Below are positions 17,327 through 25,953 of a stretch of 64,000 bases of DNA, piece by piece; the stretch's first letter is position 1, and each line of letters begins with the position of its first letter. Both the position numbers and the translations under genes were made by a program. The stretch lies in the NCBI GenBank assembly GCA_030747785.1, contig JASLKC010000026.1, positions 4,967 through 68,966 on the forward strand. The letters are read 5' to 3'. The DNA is from Candidatus Poseidoniaceae archaeon (lineage in GTDB: Archaea; Thermoplasmatota; Poseidoniia; Poseidoniales; Poseidoniaceae). Under the pieces are notes generated by a model that had not been told where the DNA came from, searched no databases, and saw only the letters and a list, made by a program, of their open reading frames with translations.

Positions 17327-17386
17327 AACTGCCCCACCATCCCTACTACGGTTGAATTTTCAGGTGCGCCGACCCGCGCCAGCGCG

Positions 17387-17392
17387 TTTAAG
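17387..17392 (+). promoter_or_regulatory. Candidate TATA-like box (TTTAAG) for the LX-pfdA-ftsY operon; spacing suggests a leaderless or near-leaderless transcript
   Basis: TTTAAG starts 30 nt upstream of the ATG at 17417 and is preceded by a G/C-rich CGCG (BRE-like). No Shine-Dalgarno precedes the ATG. Confidence 0.25.
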
Positions 17393-17416
17393 ACACATCC
17401 ACAGGTCGGCGGGGCC

Positions 17417-17686
17417 ATGCAGGCTTACCGTGTATCCGGGACCGCCCCATTTGGGCGCCAGCGCCAGCAATTCAGTCTTGACTTGGCAGCGGACTCCGAA
17501 GAGGACGCAACACACCGATGTTATTCCATAATCGGCTCCCGCCATAAAGCGGGCCGCAGGGCAATCACCATCGATTCCGTCCAGGAAATCGATCCACGAA
17601 CTTCTACTGAAGCGCGTATTCTAGACGCCTTCCGCGAGCAAATTGCTGCAGCAGGCGGAGTACTCGCCCCAACCGCAGAAGAGTGA
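17417..17686 (+). CDS. rplX: Large-subunit ribosomal protein LX (L18Ae/eL20 family)
   Basis: 89 aa. The pattern MQAYRVSG....F.....A.SEEDA....YS.IGSRHK..R..I.I..V.EI matches archaeal LX. The canonical archaeal neighbourhood LX-pfdA-ftsY is present. Confidence 0.8.
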   Translation: MQAYRVSGTAPFGRQRQQFSLDLAADSEEDATHRCYSIIGSRHKAGRRAITIDSVQEIDPRTSTEARILDAFREQIAAAGGVLAPTAEE

Positions 17687-17742
17687 ACCGCCGGAAATCG
17701 TCGGGTTCTTGATGGGTGAGGCGCTCCCATAAGGTGGTCGCC

Positions 17743-18249
17743 ATGGTTGATGCAGTTGAACTTCAACGGATGGCGAGGCTTGTTGACATGAATCGACAAC
17801 GTCTCGCCGAACTCCAAGAGCAGGTGCAGCGCGTCGACGCGGTGCTGTTTGAACACGAGGAAACAATCACTTCTCTTAAGGCAATAGAAACCACGCCCGG
17901 CGGACACATGTCCCTTGGAGCCGGGGTCATGTTACCAATCAACAAAGGAACAACAACTCTTGTGGATTTAGGCACGGGCATCTTAGGTGAGAGAAGCCCT
18001 CAAGGAGCAATTTCAATTGTTCAATCAAGAATTGACGATCTAATTGAAGTAAAAACTCAGTTTCAGGCAGAAATTGAAATTATTTCAAAGAGGACAGAAG
18101 AATTAGCAAACGCTTTCGACGAAGCGGCCAAGAGTATTTCCGAACCTGAAGTTACTGAAGAGGAAACCCCCTCTGAGCCGGAGCCATCACCTTCAACTAG
18201 CACGAGGCGGCGCCGAAATTTTGGAAGCAGTCTTACACTAGATGATTGA
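17743..18249 (+). CDS. pfdA: Prefoldin alpha subunit
   Basis: Two coiled-coil arms flank a double beta-hairpin region (HMSLGAGVMLPINKGTTTLVDLGTGILGERSPQGA). ATG 17743 is preceded by AAGGTGG; the tracked start is GTG 17716. It lies between LX and ftsY. Confidence 0.8.
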   Translation: MVDAVELQRMARLVDMNRQRLAELQEQVQRVDAVLFEHEETITSLKAIETTPGGHMSLGAGVMLPINKGTTTLVDLGTGILGERSPQGAISIVQSRIDDLIEVKTQFQAEIEIISKRTEELANAFDEAAKSISEPEVTEEETPSEPEPSPSTSTRRRRNFGSSLTLDD

Positions 18250-18258
18250 GGGATAATA

Positions 18259-19626
18259 ATGGGACTCTTCGATAAATTCCGCAAGCGCGTAAATAAGGCG
18301 GCTGAAGAAGTCGATATTGATGCGCTTTCAGCCGATGAAGAAAGCGAAGAGGCGCAAGAAGCACTTGCAGTACAAGACTCAAACACAACACAACCCGATG
18401 AAGAGTGGGAAGAAATCACTGAAGAGGAACCACTTGCTTTACCTCCTGCTGATGATGAATGGGAAGAATGGGACGAGGAAGAAGAATCATACACACTCCC
18501 CTCTGAACCTTCTAGGCGAGAAAAGAAAATCCTTGCAAAAGCGGCAAAAAAAGCCGCTGCCGCAAAGAAATCCAAAGCAAAAGAACTCAAGAGGAGAGGG
18601 GGCAAAGAAGTTGGACGCCTCGCCGGCGCAAACGTCGACCTCCATATGATGAGAACTACTACTGGACGACAATTAGTAGAAGTCAAAGCAACACCAACAG
18701 GCGGGCGCGGAACGACAAAAACCGACGGTATCGACATCGATCTCGGAGGAGGGGTTGTTGAATCAGGCGGCAAGATAATCAAACAGAGCGCAGCTCTTGA
18801 CGAATTACTAGAAGAGCTTGAATGGATAATGCTCGAATCAGATATTTCCTCGGAAGCCGTTTCTGCGGTAATGGGCGCCCTTAGAACCAATTTAATCGGG
18901 CAAAGGCTTCGAAAGGGAGCAGACCTCTCAAAGATCCTTGAAGCCAGCCTTAAACGAGCACTGCGAAGCATTCTCAAAGCAGGATACTGGGACTTTGACG
19001 CCAGCGTCCAGGACTTTATTGACAAAGGAGACACCCCGGCCGTCATTATGTTCGTTGGAGTAAACGGAACGGGAAAAACAACTACTGTAGCAAAAATTGC
19101 CCACCGGCTCAAGAAAAAAGGAATGTCTGTAATAGCAGCAGCAGGCGACACTTTCAGAGCAGGGGCAATCGAACAATTAGAAACTCATTGTGAGCGCTTA
19201 GACATCAAATGCATCTCTTCACAACGCGGAGGAGATTCTGCGGCCATTGCAAGGGATGCTGTGGATTCAGCCAAGGCAAAAGGCATAGACGTAGTATTGG
19301 TTGATACCGCTGGAAGAATGCAAAACAAATCCAATCTAATGGCCGAACTTGAAAAGGTTCGAAGGGTCGCAAACCCACATTTAACTCTCTTCGTAGGCGA
19401 CGCGCTTGCTGGAAACGACGCAGTTGACCAAGCGAAAATGTTCCAACAACTTCTCAAATTTGATGGAGCAGTACTTACCAAGCTCGATACAGATGCGAAA
19501 GGCGGTGCAGGATTATCAATCGCTCATGCTACAGGCCGACCGATTGTACTTGCAGGAATTGGTCAAGAGTATGATGATATAATGCAATTCGACCCCGATT
19601 GGTTGATGGACCAATTATTTGAGTAG
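18259..19626 (+). CDS. ftsY: Signal recognition particle receptor FtsY
   Basis: An acidic N-terminal A-domain is followed by an NG domain with GVNGTGKTTT, DTAGR and TKLDTDAKGG motifs. Confidence 0.95.
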   Translation: MGLFDKFRKRVNKAAEEVDIDALSADEESEEAQEALAVQDSNTTQPDEEWEEITEEEPLALPPADDEWEEWDEEEESYTLPSEPSRREKKILAKAAKKAAAAKKSKAKELKRRGGKEVGRLAGANVDLHMMRTTTGRQLVEVKATPTGGRGTTKTDGIDIDLGGGVVESGGKIIKQSAALDELLEELEWIMLESDISSEAVSAVMGALRTNLIGQRLRKGADLSKILEASLKRALRSILKAGYWDFDASVQDFIDKGDTPAVIMFVGVNGTGKTTTVAKIAHRLKKKGMSVIAAAGDTFRAGAIEQLETHCERLDIKCISSQRGGDSAAIARDAVDSAKAKGIDVVLVDTAGRMQNKSNLMAELEKVRRVANPHLTLFVGDALAGNDAVDQAKMFQQLLKFDGAVLTKLDTDAKGGAGLSIAHATGRPIVLAGIGQEYDDIMQFDPDWLMDQLFE

Positions 19627-19634
19627 GTGAAATA

Positions 19635-20003
19635 ATGTCAGAATTTTTTGAAACCGAAGAAAGCTCCCATCTTTTCCAATTGATATTCATGTTACAAAGA
19701 AGTGCGATGATGCACATGGGCATGCTCCCCGATTCAGAAGGACGCGCCCACTTCAATTTGGGAGAAACCAGAGCCGCAATCGATACTCTTCGAATGCTGC
19801 AAAATCGGACAAAAGGAAATCTTGACGAAAAAGAAGGGGCTATGTTAAGCGGAGTAATCAGCGAACTTCAACTTCAATTCGTAAAAGCCCCCGCGCGTCA
19901 AAAAGAATTAGATGAGGCCACAGCGCGCCAAGAAACAATTAGAGAGACCTTCTCAAATCCACGAGAAGGACCCTCTGAAGTAATTTCAGATGACGAAGAA
20001 TGA
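19635..20003 (+). CDS. DUF1844-like small protein
   Basis: 122 aa. The pattern F.LIFML..SAMMHMG........NL.E.R.AID.L.ML.N.TKGNL...E recalls DUF1844. AGGTGA Shine-Dalgarno precedes it, 8 nt after the ftsY stop. Confidence 0.55.
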   Translation: MSEFFETEESSHLFQLIFMLQRSAMMHMGMLPDSEGRAHFNLGETRAAIDTLRMLQNRTKGNLDEKEGAMLSGVISELQLQFVKAPARQKELDEATARQETIRETFSNPREGPSEVISDDEE

Positions 20004-20068
20004 AGGAAAATCAGTATTAGTGTGCGGTTGATTCATGAGGCAAAGCGGTATGAGGGGGGTGTAGGAAC

Positions 20069-20725
20069 ATGACACGAGTATCAGATGTTGACGATCCAGA
20101 AGCGCCAACGGTCCTTCTCGTAGACAATAACCAGATGGCCCTTCACAGGCTTTCAGGGATTTTCCGGCAGAAGGAATTCGTCGTTGTTACTTGTGAAGAT
20201 GGCGATAAGGCGGTTGATGAATACATTCGTCTTGACCCAGAACTTGTGGTAATGTCACTAGACATCCCTTCTCTTGATGGACACCTGGCTGCTCTTGAAA
20301 TGAGAGAGCACGACGATGGGTGCAGAGTTATTTTTACCGCACCAAAACGCCAAGCAAAACTCGCTCAAGATGCAACGCACTCAGCAGGAGGATTAGCGTG
20401 GATTGAAAAGCCCATTTCAGCTTCAGCATTTGAAACAATATGGCCGAAAATACTCGGCCCAATTCCAGACGCGCCGGGCCTAGAAGATCTTGACGAAATC
20501 CATCCAGAAAAAGCAAATCAAATTGAAATCGAGCCAGACGACTCCCCAAATCCACCAGATCCAATCCCTGTCGTGCCAGTATTAGAAACGGCACCAGTAG
20601 TTCTCCAAAAGACTCCTAAGAAACGCTCCAGTAAAGGCAAGCGCCTCTTTGTGGTAGTGTTATTATTCAGTGCATTGGGGGCCGGTGGATGGTTTGCACA
20701 TTCACAGGGGCTACTGCCGTTCTGA
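20069..20725 (+). CDS. Stand-alone response-regulator receiver (REC) domain with a Pro-rich linker and C-terminal transmembrane helix
   Basis: The REC signature residues are LLVDNN, the phospho-acceptor context VVMSLDIPSLDG, the Thr in VIFTAP and the Lys in IEKP. The C-terminal helix is LFVVVLLFSALGAGGWFA. Confidence 0.75.
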   Translation: MTRVSDVDDPEAPTVLLVDNNQMALHRLSGIFRQKEFVVVTCEDGDKAVDEYIRLDPELVVMSLDIPSLDGHLAALEMREHDDGCRVIFTAPKRQAKLAQDATHSAGGLAWIEKPISASAFETIWPKILGPIPDAPGLEDLDEIHPEKANQIEIEPDDSPNPPDPIPVVPVLETAPVVLQKTPKKRSSKGKRLFVVVLLFSALGAGGWFAHSQGLLPF

Positions 20726-21014
20726 CCGGCATCATACCCATACGACCATCTGGAAGTTGGACAGGTACCATCATCATATTCGGCGGTAATTGCTGAACGG
20801 CCATAGTTTGTGCAGCATCTACCCGACTTCCCATAGGGGCACGAATAACCTCGCTAATAGAAAACGAAGGAGAGGTTAACAGATCCAAATCTCCAGCAAG
20901 TATTCGAGCATCTAACTTATTGTTGGCATTCCAAATCCACCAACTGAACCACATAAGTACCCCAATAAGAGGAATGGCCACAATCCAGCCAGCCAAAGAT
21001 GCCGCAGCACTCAT
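20667..21014 (-). CDS. Small single-pass membrane protein (hypothetical), translationally coupled to pyrF
   Basis: The ATG at 21014 overlaps the pyrF stop as ATGA. One TM helix is present (LAGWIVAIPLIGVLMWFSWWIW), with a Met/Pro-rich tail. The 3' end overlaps the convergent REC gene by 59 nt, so its reality is uncertain. Confidence 0.4.
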   Translation of the reverse strand: MSAAASLAGWIVAIPLIGVLMWFSWWIWNANNKLDARILAGDLDLLTSPSFSISEVIRAPMGSRVDAAQTMAVQQLPPNMMMVPVQLPDGRMGMMPVRTAVAPVNVQTIHRPPMH

Positions 21015-21838
21015 GACACACGCTCTAACAGCGCCCCCCAAGAGGCCTTCGCATATTCGTGCGCTGCAGCTGCCGGGTCTTCGGCCCGATGAATACCACT
21101 ACCAACAATGATACAATCAGAACCGGAAAGAACAGCTTCTCGGGGACTACCGTATCGTTGCCCCATTTCTCCGTCACCAACCGATAGGTTAACTCCAGGG
21201 GTCCAAATCATCTTCGCACTTCCTACGCTCGATCTTAATTCGGCGAGTTCAGAGGGGCGGCTTCCGTTTCCAATAAATCCGAAAACTCCGGGATGATTTT
21301 TTCCTATGTCTACAACTTTCTTGGTATAATTTGAATCTAATAAGTTGCCCCTGCTCGACATTTGAGCAAGGAGGAGAACTCCTCCTTCTCTATCGACATC
21401 TGACCAGCCCGCCTGCAAACCATCTACAATATCTGGGCCGCTAATCAAGTGTGCAGTAACTAAGTCAGACCACGAGCGAATGTCATAGACGCCCGCCATT
21501 TGGTCCCTACTAATTTTACCAATATCGGCAAATTTACGGTCCTCGAAAATCAATAAATCAGCAGCACGGGCCGCTGCACAGAAATCAGCCCACACGGCAG
21601 GGGACCAATCGTCGATCAAATCCACATGCGTTTTCAGCGCAGCCAAACTTTCTCCGGCGAGTTCTAGGAGTTCGAAAAGACCAGCCATTGTTCTGCGGTC
21701 GGCAGCCAAACAAACAAGGCTTTGTTTGCGTGCTGCAGTTTCCATAAACTGGCGAGCCATTTTTTGCTCACAGGCACTCCAGCGCTCCCCCCAATACTCG
21801 CTCGCCACACAGAGCCCTCGCGGCACGATGCGTGTCAA
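21011..21838 (-). CDS. pyrF: Orotidine 5'-phosphate decarboxylase
   Basis: The OMP decarboxylase active-site signature is FEDRKFADIG. LVCLAAD, KTHVD and the C-terminal GSGI are also present. Confidence 0.9.
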   Translation of the reverse strand: MTRIVPRGLCVASEYWGERWSACEQKMARQFMETAARKQSLVCLAADRRTMAGLFELLELAGESLAALKTHVDLIDDWSPAVWADFCAAARAADLLIFEDRKFADIGKISRDQMAGVYDIRSWSDLVTAHLISGPDIVDGLQAGWSDVDREGGVLLLAQMSSRGNLLDSNYTKKVVDIGKNHPGVFGFIGNGSRPSELAELRSSVGSAKMIWTPGVNLSVGDGEMGQRYGSPREAVLSGSDCIIVGSGIHRAEDPAAAAHEYAKASWGALLERVS

Positions 21839-21840
21839 CT

Positions 21841-22800
21841 TTACGCACGAAGAGATTCCACAGAGTTCCGGAGCGTTATCGCATAATCTGTCATTTCGAC
21901 ACCCAATTCGCTAAAAGAATCCCGCACGTCATATTCTACTACAGTTCCAAGCCCACCGCGCAATTGCTTCCAAGTCAATTTCGGATGAAATATAGCGATG
22001 AAATAAGCCAAAGGAGTAGGAAGGCGGCGAGTAGAAAAACCCCCACCAAATTCTTTATTCAACGCAACACCGATATCTTTCATCCACATTCCGCGCGCAT
22101 GGATAAGGTGTCTTGCTCTGTCTTTACCCATCTCAAGAGCATTAACGTGCGCTTCAGCAACATCTCTCACATCGACAAAATTCACATTGAAATTGAGGAC
22201 AAAAGGAGGGCCTTTCACGAAGTGCTTGATGTAAGACATCGACCCCTCAGCATGCCGCTTGTGAAAAATTGGGCCGAAAACAACAGAGGGATGAATGGTA
22301 ACCAAACGGACGGACCTCTCTTCTGCCCACGCGCGAATAACACGCTCAGCTTCTGCTTTAGCAAAGCCATATGGATTTGACTCTGGCGAAGCATCATCAC
22401 ACCAATCATCAACAGTGAATATTTTCCCGTGTTGATATCTGCTCGATCTAATCGCAGCAACTGAAGAAGTGTGTACAATTCTTTTCACATTATCCATAAC
22501 AGAACATAGATTATTTACTCCAATCACAGAAGGGTCTACCACATCACGTTGCACATCCTTTGCACCAACATATAACGCCGCAGCACAATGAATAACGTCT
22601 TCACATCCCTTTACTGCATCCCGCAGAGAATCAACATCAAAGAGATCCATTTTCACAGGAGTAACCCCTTCAAAACCATCGAACATTTTGGCCAGGGCTA
22701 AATCTCTCATACCAGCCCGCACCTCGAGTCCACGTTCGGATAAAACCCGAACGACGTGCGACCCAATGAATCCCGTGGACCCAGTAACGAGGACAACCAT
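21841..22800 (-). CDS. NAD(P)-dependent epimerase/dehydratase-family (extended SDR) oxidoreductase
   Basis: The N-terminus VLVTGSTGFIGSHVV gives the Rossmann motif. The 319-aa length and layout resemble dihydroflavonol/cinnamoyl-CoA reductase-like SDRs. Confidence 0.8.
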   Translation of the reverse strand: MVVLVTGSTGFIGSHVVRVLSERGLEVRAGMRDLALAKMFDGFEGVTPVKMDLFDVDSLRDAVKGCEDVIHCAAALYVGAKDVQRDVVDPSVIGVNNLCSVMDNVKRIVHTSSVAAIRSSRYQHGKIFTVDDWCDDASPESNPYGFAKAEAERVIRAWAEERSVRLVTIHPSVVFGPIFHKRHAEGSMSYIKHFVKGPPFVLNFNVNFVDVRDVAEAHVNALEMGKDRARHLIHARGMWMKDIGVALNKEFGGGFSTRRLPTPLAYFIAIFHPKLTWKQLRGGLGTVVEYDVRDSFSELGVEMTDYAITLRNSVESLRA

Positions 22801-23048
22801 ATTCTTCCGAAGTGCGGGCTACACATTTTACTGTTGGCGCGGCGATTTAAATCGACCAAAATCACCGAATAAATTTCTATGGTAATTGAGAAAAATCGAT
22901 TGAACAATTTCCTAGCAAACGGGGAAAGTTTTGACCAATCATCCAACAAATACCCATGGTAAGAGGGTAAATTATGTGCATTTGAACAATCTCAGGAAAA
23001 AAATCTATAATAATATGCAAAAAAATAGCAGTTTTTTGAGGCGATTGG

Positions 23049-23056
23049 ATAATATA
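23049..23056 (+). promoter_or_regulatory. Candidate TATA box (ATAATATA) upstream of the glutamine synthetase gene
   Basis: An A/T octamer lies 30-37 nt upstream of ATG 23086 in a 285-nt intergenic region. No Shine-Dalgarno is present, which is compatible with a leaderless mRNA. Confidence 0.3.
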
Positions 23057-23085
23057 CCGTAGTCCAAACCCCCCGGACGATACCC

Positions 23086-24087
23086 ATGTGGGCGAAATTG
23101 GAATACATCTGGCTTGACGGATTCGAGCCAACACAGAGCATGCGCAGCAAGACAATGGTAAGACACGATTTCTCAGGAGAACTCGAAGATTGCCCAATGT
23201 GGAATTTTGACGGGAGCTCTACTCTACAAGCGGAAGGAAACGCTTCGGACTGCTTACTAAAGCCGTGCGCAATCTATCCAGATCCCGACCGAAATAGCGG
23301 CTTCCTAGTTATGTGTGAAGTTCTCAACGCAGACGGAACCCCCCACTCTACAAATGGGCGAGCAACCATCCAGGAAGACGACGACGAGTTTTGGTTTGGC
23401 TTTGAGCAAGAGTATTTCCTTTGGGACCCAGATACAAACCTTCCTTTTGGCTTCCCTCGTGACCAAACGCCACAAGGCCAGTTTTACTGTTCGGTAGGCG
23501 CAAAGAATGCTTTCGGCAGAGACGCTGTAGAAGACCACCTTGACCAGTGCTTGGAAGCAGGACTCAACGTCGAAGGAATCAATGCAGAAGTTGCAGCAGG
23601 ACAATGGGAATATCAGATATTCGCAAAAGGTGCAAAAGACGCCGGCGACCAGATTTGGGTTAGCCGTTATTTGGCAGAACGCAATGCTGAGAAATACGGG
23701 CTCCATATTGAATGGCATCCAAAACCTCTCGGAGCAACCGATTGGAACGGTAGTGGAATGCACGCAAATTTCTCCGACACAGCAATGCGCGAATCTGGCG
23801 ATGAAGCGGTTTTCCACAAAATCTGCGAAGCGTTCGGAAAGAATATCAAAAAGCACATCGCTGTTTATGGTGCCCATAACGAACAGCGCCTAACAGGCTT
23901 GCACGAAACCCAATCAATTCACGAATTCTCCTATGGTGTTTCTGACCGTGGAGCATCGATTAGAATCCCAATCACCACAATGGATGACGGATGGAAAGGG
24001 CGTCTTGAAGACCGCCGCCCTTCATCGAATGGCGACCCATACAAGATCGCAGCAGTAATTATTGAAACCACTAAGTCAGCTTATTGA
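23086..24087 (+). CDS. glnII: Glutamine synthetase type II (eukaryote/GlnII-like)
   Basis: 333 aa. It appears collinear end to end with my recollection of bacterial GlnII: KLEYIWLDG, FDGSST.QAEG..SDC.LKP, FGFEQEYF, GINAEVA.GQWE.QIF, DWNGSGMHANFS, AVYG..N..RLTG.HET, YGV.DRGASIRIP and LEDRRP.SNGDPY. Confidence 0.95.
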   Translation: MWAKLEYIWLDGFEPTQSMRSKTMVRHDFSGELEDCPMWNFDGSSTLQAEGNASDCLLKPCAIYPDPDRNSGFLVMCEVLNADGTPHSTNGRATIQEDDDEFWFGFEQEYFLWDPDTNLPFGFPRDQTPQGQFYCSVGAKNAFGRDAVEDHLDQCLEAGLNVEGINAEVAAGQWEYQIFAKGAKDAGDQIWVSRYLAERNAEKYGLHIEWHPKPLGATDWNGSGMHANFSDTAMRESGDEAVFHKICEAFGKNIKKHIAVYGAHNEQRLTGLHETQSIHEFSYGVSDRGASIRIPITTMDDGWKGRLEDRRPSSNGDPYKIAAVIIETTKSAY

Positions 24088-24347
24088 TTACGCCTTAGTT
24101 TGGTAATGCCAATTATGACGGCGAGAATCATACATAGTGCGGCAGCGTTGCTGAAGATAATGGCGGCTGATGGCAACATTATCCCATAGACCATCCACAA
24201 GGTCAGCGCGAGAGCCACTACAGCAAATGTAGGGAGAGACACTCCATCGTGTCGTTTCTCAACCCACACGGTCTTAACCTGAGGGATCCATGCAACAATA
24301 CCCAAAACCCCTGCAGTAAATCCGATCGCCTCTAACATCAGCCCCAC
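24081..24347 (-). CDS. SemiSWEET / PQ-loop family 3-TM transporter
   Basis: About 85 aa with three hydrophobic helices. The PQ motif is in helix 1 (AWIPQVKTVW). An alternative ATG at 24338 overlaps the upstream stop. Confidence 0.65.
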   Translation of the reverse strand: MGLMLEAIGFTAGVLGIVAWIPQVKTVWVEKRHDGVSLPTFAVVALALTLWMVYGIMLPSAAIIFSNAAALCMILAVIIGITKLRRNQ

Positions 24348-25162
24348 TCCGCTTTAGGATTACTAAATACTATTTTTGATATGTGGGCAAAGGGGATAAT
24401 CCGTGAACCCTTTTCACCAACAACAGAGACTAGTGGGCCTCTTTGGTCAACAAATATCTCCCCAGTTGAAAGCACACTAGATGGGCCTGTAATAATACCA
24501 AAAATTCCACTATTCTTTACATGAACTAGATTTTCTCTTCGTGCAGGATACTTCAGAATGTCACCATGTAATGTACGCCCACCATTGAGATGAATGGTGT
24601 CCCATGTTCCAAAACCCAACAAGGTTTCACGAAGTTCCGAAGAGGGAGGGCGCTTTTCCATTTGTTCAACCATTGAAATGAACCCCATTTCATCATATGC
24701 TTCTGAACCCGAACCCTCGGGCAGGGGCCTCCAATCTAAATTCCGATTTGAAAAGACCAAAACCGTTCTTGAAGGAGGGGCCTCGGCACCAGTTCTTTTC
24801 AAATGTAAATCGCATAACAAAACTCCCTTTCTCGCGGTCCAAGAAATGATGTTTTTGTGTTCGAGAAACGAACCATCCTTTCTTTTTTGTAGAAATTTTC
24901 CTTCATCGGTTATTGAAAAAGAACCCGACCAGTGCTTTTGTTCAACAAATAGAATTTCATTTGCGGTAGCAATTACCATATCGATTTCTCTCCGCCCCCC
25001 TTCTTCAGGGTCGGGTAGCCTAATTCCTTCGAGAACAAGCGCATCTTTTGCAACGGCGCGCGTGAGCTTTAGCAAACGCAATTCAGCAAGTCTACCAGAG
25101 ACCACATGGCCTTCTGGTTCAAACTTCTTTAGCCGCGATAACCATTCAGAAAATCGCCCCAA
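24338..25162 (-). CDS. NERD (nuclease-related domain) protein with an uncharacterised C-terminal domain
   Basis: The motif context EIDMVIATANEILFVEQKHWSG fits the D...E.K nuclease-like core of NERD. The TTG start at 25162 is preceded by GAGGTGAT and lies 4 nt after the upstream stop. Confidence 0.5.
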   Translation of the reverse strand: MGRFSEWLSRLKKFEPEGHVVSGRLAELRLLKLTRAVAKDALVLEGIRLPDPEEGGRREIDMVIATANEILFVEQKHWSGSFSITDEGKFLQKRKDGSFLEHKNIISWTARKGVLLCDLHLKRTGAEAPPSRTVLVFSNRNLDWRPLPEGSGSEAYDEMGFISMVEQMEKRPPSSELRETLLGFGTWDTIHLNGGRTLHGDILKYPARRENLVHVKNSGIFGIITGPSSVLSTGEIFVDQRGPLVSVVGEKGSRIIPFAHISKIVFSNPKAEWG

Positions 25163-25166
25163 AGAA

Positions 25167-25952
25167 TCACCTCAATAGTTCATCAACAGACTCTACTACT
25201 ACTCCTACTTCCTTGCCAGATGCGCTGAGATCAGCCAAAGTAGCCTCACCAGAAAGGACCAGAACGGAAACGCATCCGGCTTGAATTGCCATTTCCATGT
25301 CGGTATAGAGCCGGTCTCCAACCATTGCGCATTGGTTCGGACTCAAGCCCAACTCCTCGATTTTATGCATAATCATACCTGGATTGGGCTTACCAGTGAT
25401 GTGCACAGGGTCGTGACCAGTAGTGGCTTTGAGCATAGCGAGATACGCTCCCACATCAGGCAAACCCCCATCCGGAGAAGGGCACACCATATCTGGGTGA
25501 GAGGCCACTAACGGGACTCCCCTATGCATGTGAATACTCCCAATGGAAATCTTGTCGTAATCAATTTCAGTATCGTAGCCTAGTACTACATATTGGGGGT
25601 CGCTATCTTTTGTTGAAATTCCAGCCTCTTCCATCATTTGGCACATTCCAGTTGTAGCAATAGCCCAAGTTCGAGTTACGCCTTCATTAGAGAGCCAAGC
25701 AAGCAAATCATGGGTTGAAAGCAAAATGTCATCGGCTGTGCAAGGGATGCCCATCCCCTCAAGTTTTGCAACGTATTGTGCAACAGAGCGAGAGGAATTA
25801 TTCGAGAGGAAAAATCGCTTAACGCCTTGTTCATCACAACGCGAAAGGAAGTCAAGGGCCCCCGGAATCAAATCGCCTCCGAGGTAGATTGTCCCATCAA
25901 GATCTAGGAAGACCGCCTCGACACCACCCAACGAAGAATCCATCATCATCAC
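25167..25952 (-). CDS. HAD-superfamily subfamily IIA phosphatase (NagD-like)
   Basis: Motif I is FLDLDGTIY. FLSNNS, the motif III Lys (GKP) and motif IV (VGDRLYTD) are also present. Confidence 0.8.
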   Translation of the reverse strand: MMMMDSSLGGVEAVFLDLDGTIYLGGDLIPGALDFLSRCDEQGVKRFFLSNNSSRSVAQYVAKLEGMGIPCTADDILLSTHDLLAWLSNEGVTRTWAIATTGMCQMMEEAGISTKDSDPQYVVLGYDTEIDYDKISIGSIHMHRGVPLVASHPDMVCPSPDGGLPDVGAYLAMLKATTGHDPVHITGKPNPGMIMHKIEELGLSPNQCAMVGDRLYTDMEMAIQAGCVSVLVLSGEATLADLSASGKEVGVVVESVDELLR

Positions 25953-25953
25953 C

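Noticed and set aside
18063-19151. A 362-aa ORF on the minus strand, antisense to the 3' end of pfdA and the first two-thirds of ftsY.
   Set aside because: The product is Ser/Ala-rich low-complexity sequence with no motifs. The + strand encodes an unambiguous FtsY (GVNGTGKTTT, DTAGR, TKLD). It is the mirror of an acidic GAA/GAG-rich coding region, a classic shadow ORF.
23305-23877. A 190-aa minus-strand ORF, plus smaller + frame ORFs, inside the glutamine synthetase gene.
   Set aside because: The GSII reading frame is supported along its whole length by family signatures. The alternatives show no recognisable features.
24338-25162. The NERD-domain gene considered as a stand-alone anti-phage defence system.
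   Set aside because: It is a single gene embedded in a metabolic/lipid operon. It has no helicase, ATPase, methylase or toxin partner nearby, so there is not enough evidence to call it a defence locus.
24594-25178. A 194-aa + strand ORF inside the NERD gene.
   Set aside because: It is antisense to an operon whose genes are linked by a Shine-Dalgarno sequence and overlapping stops. The product is Ser-rich and featureless.
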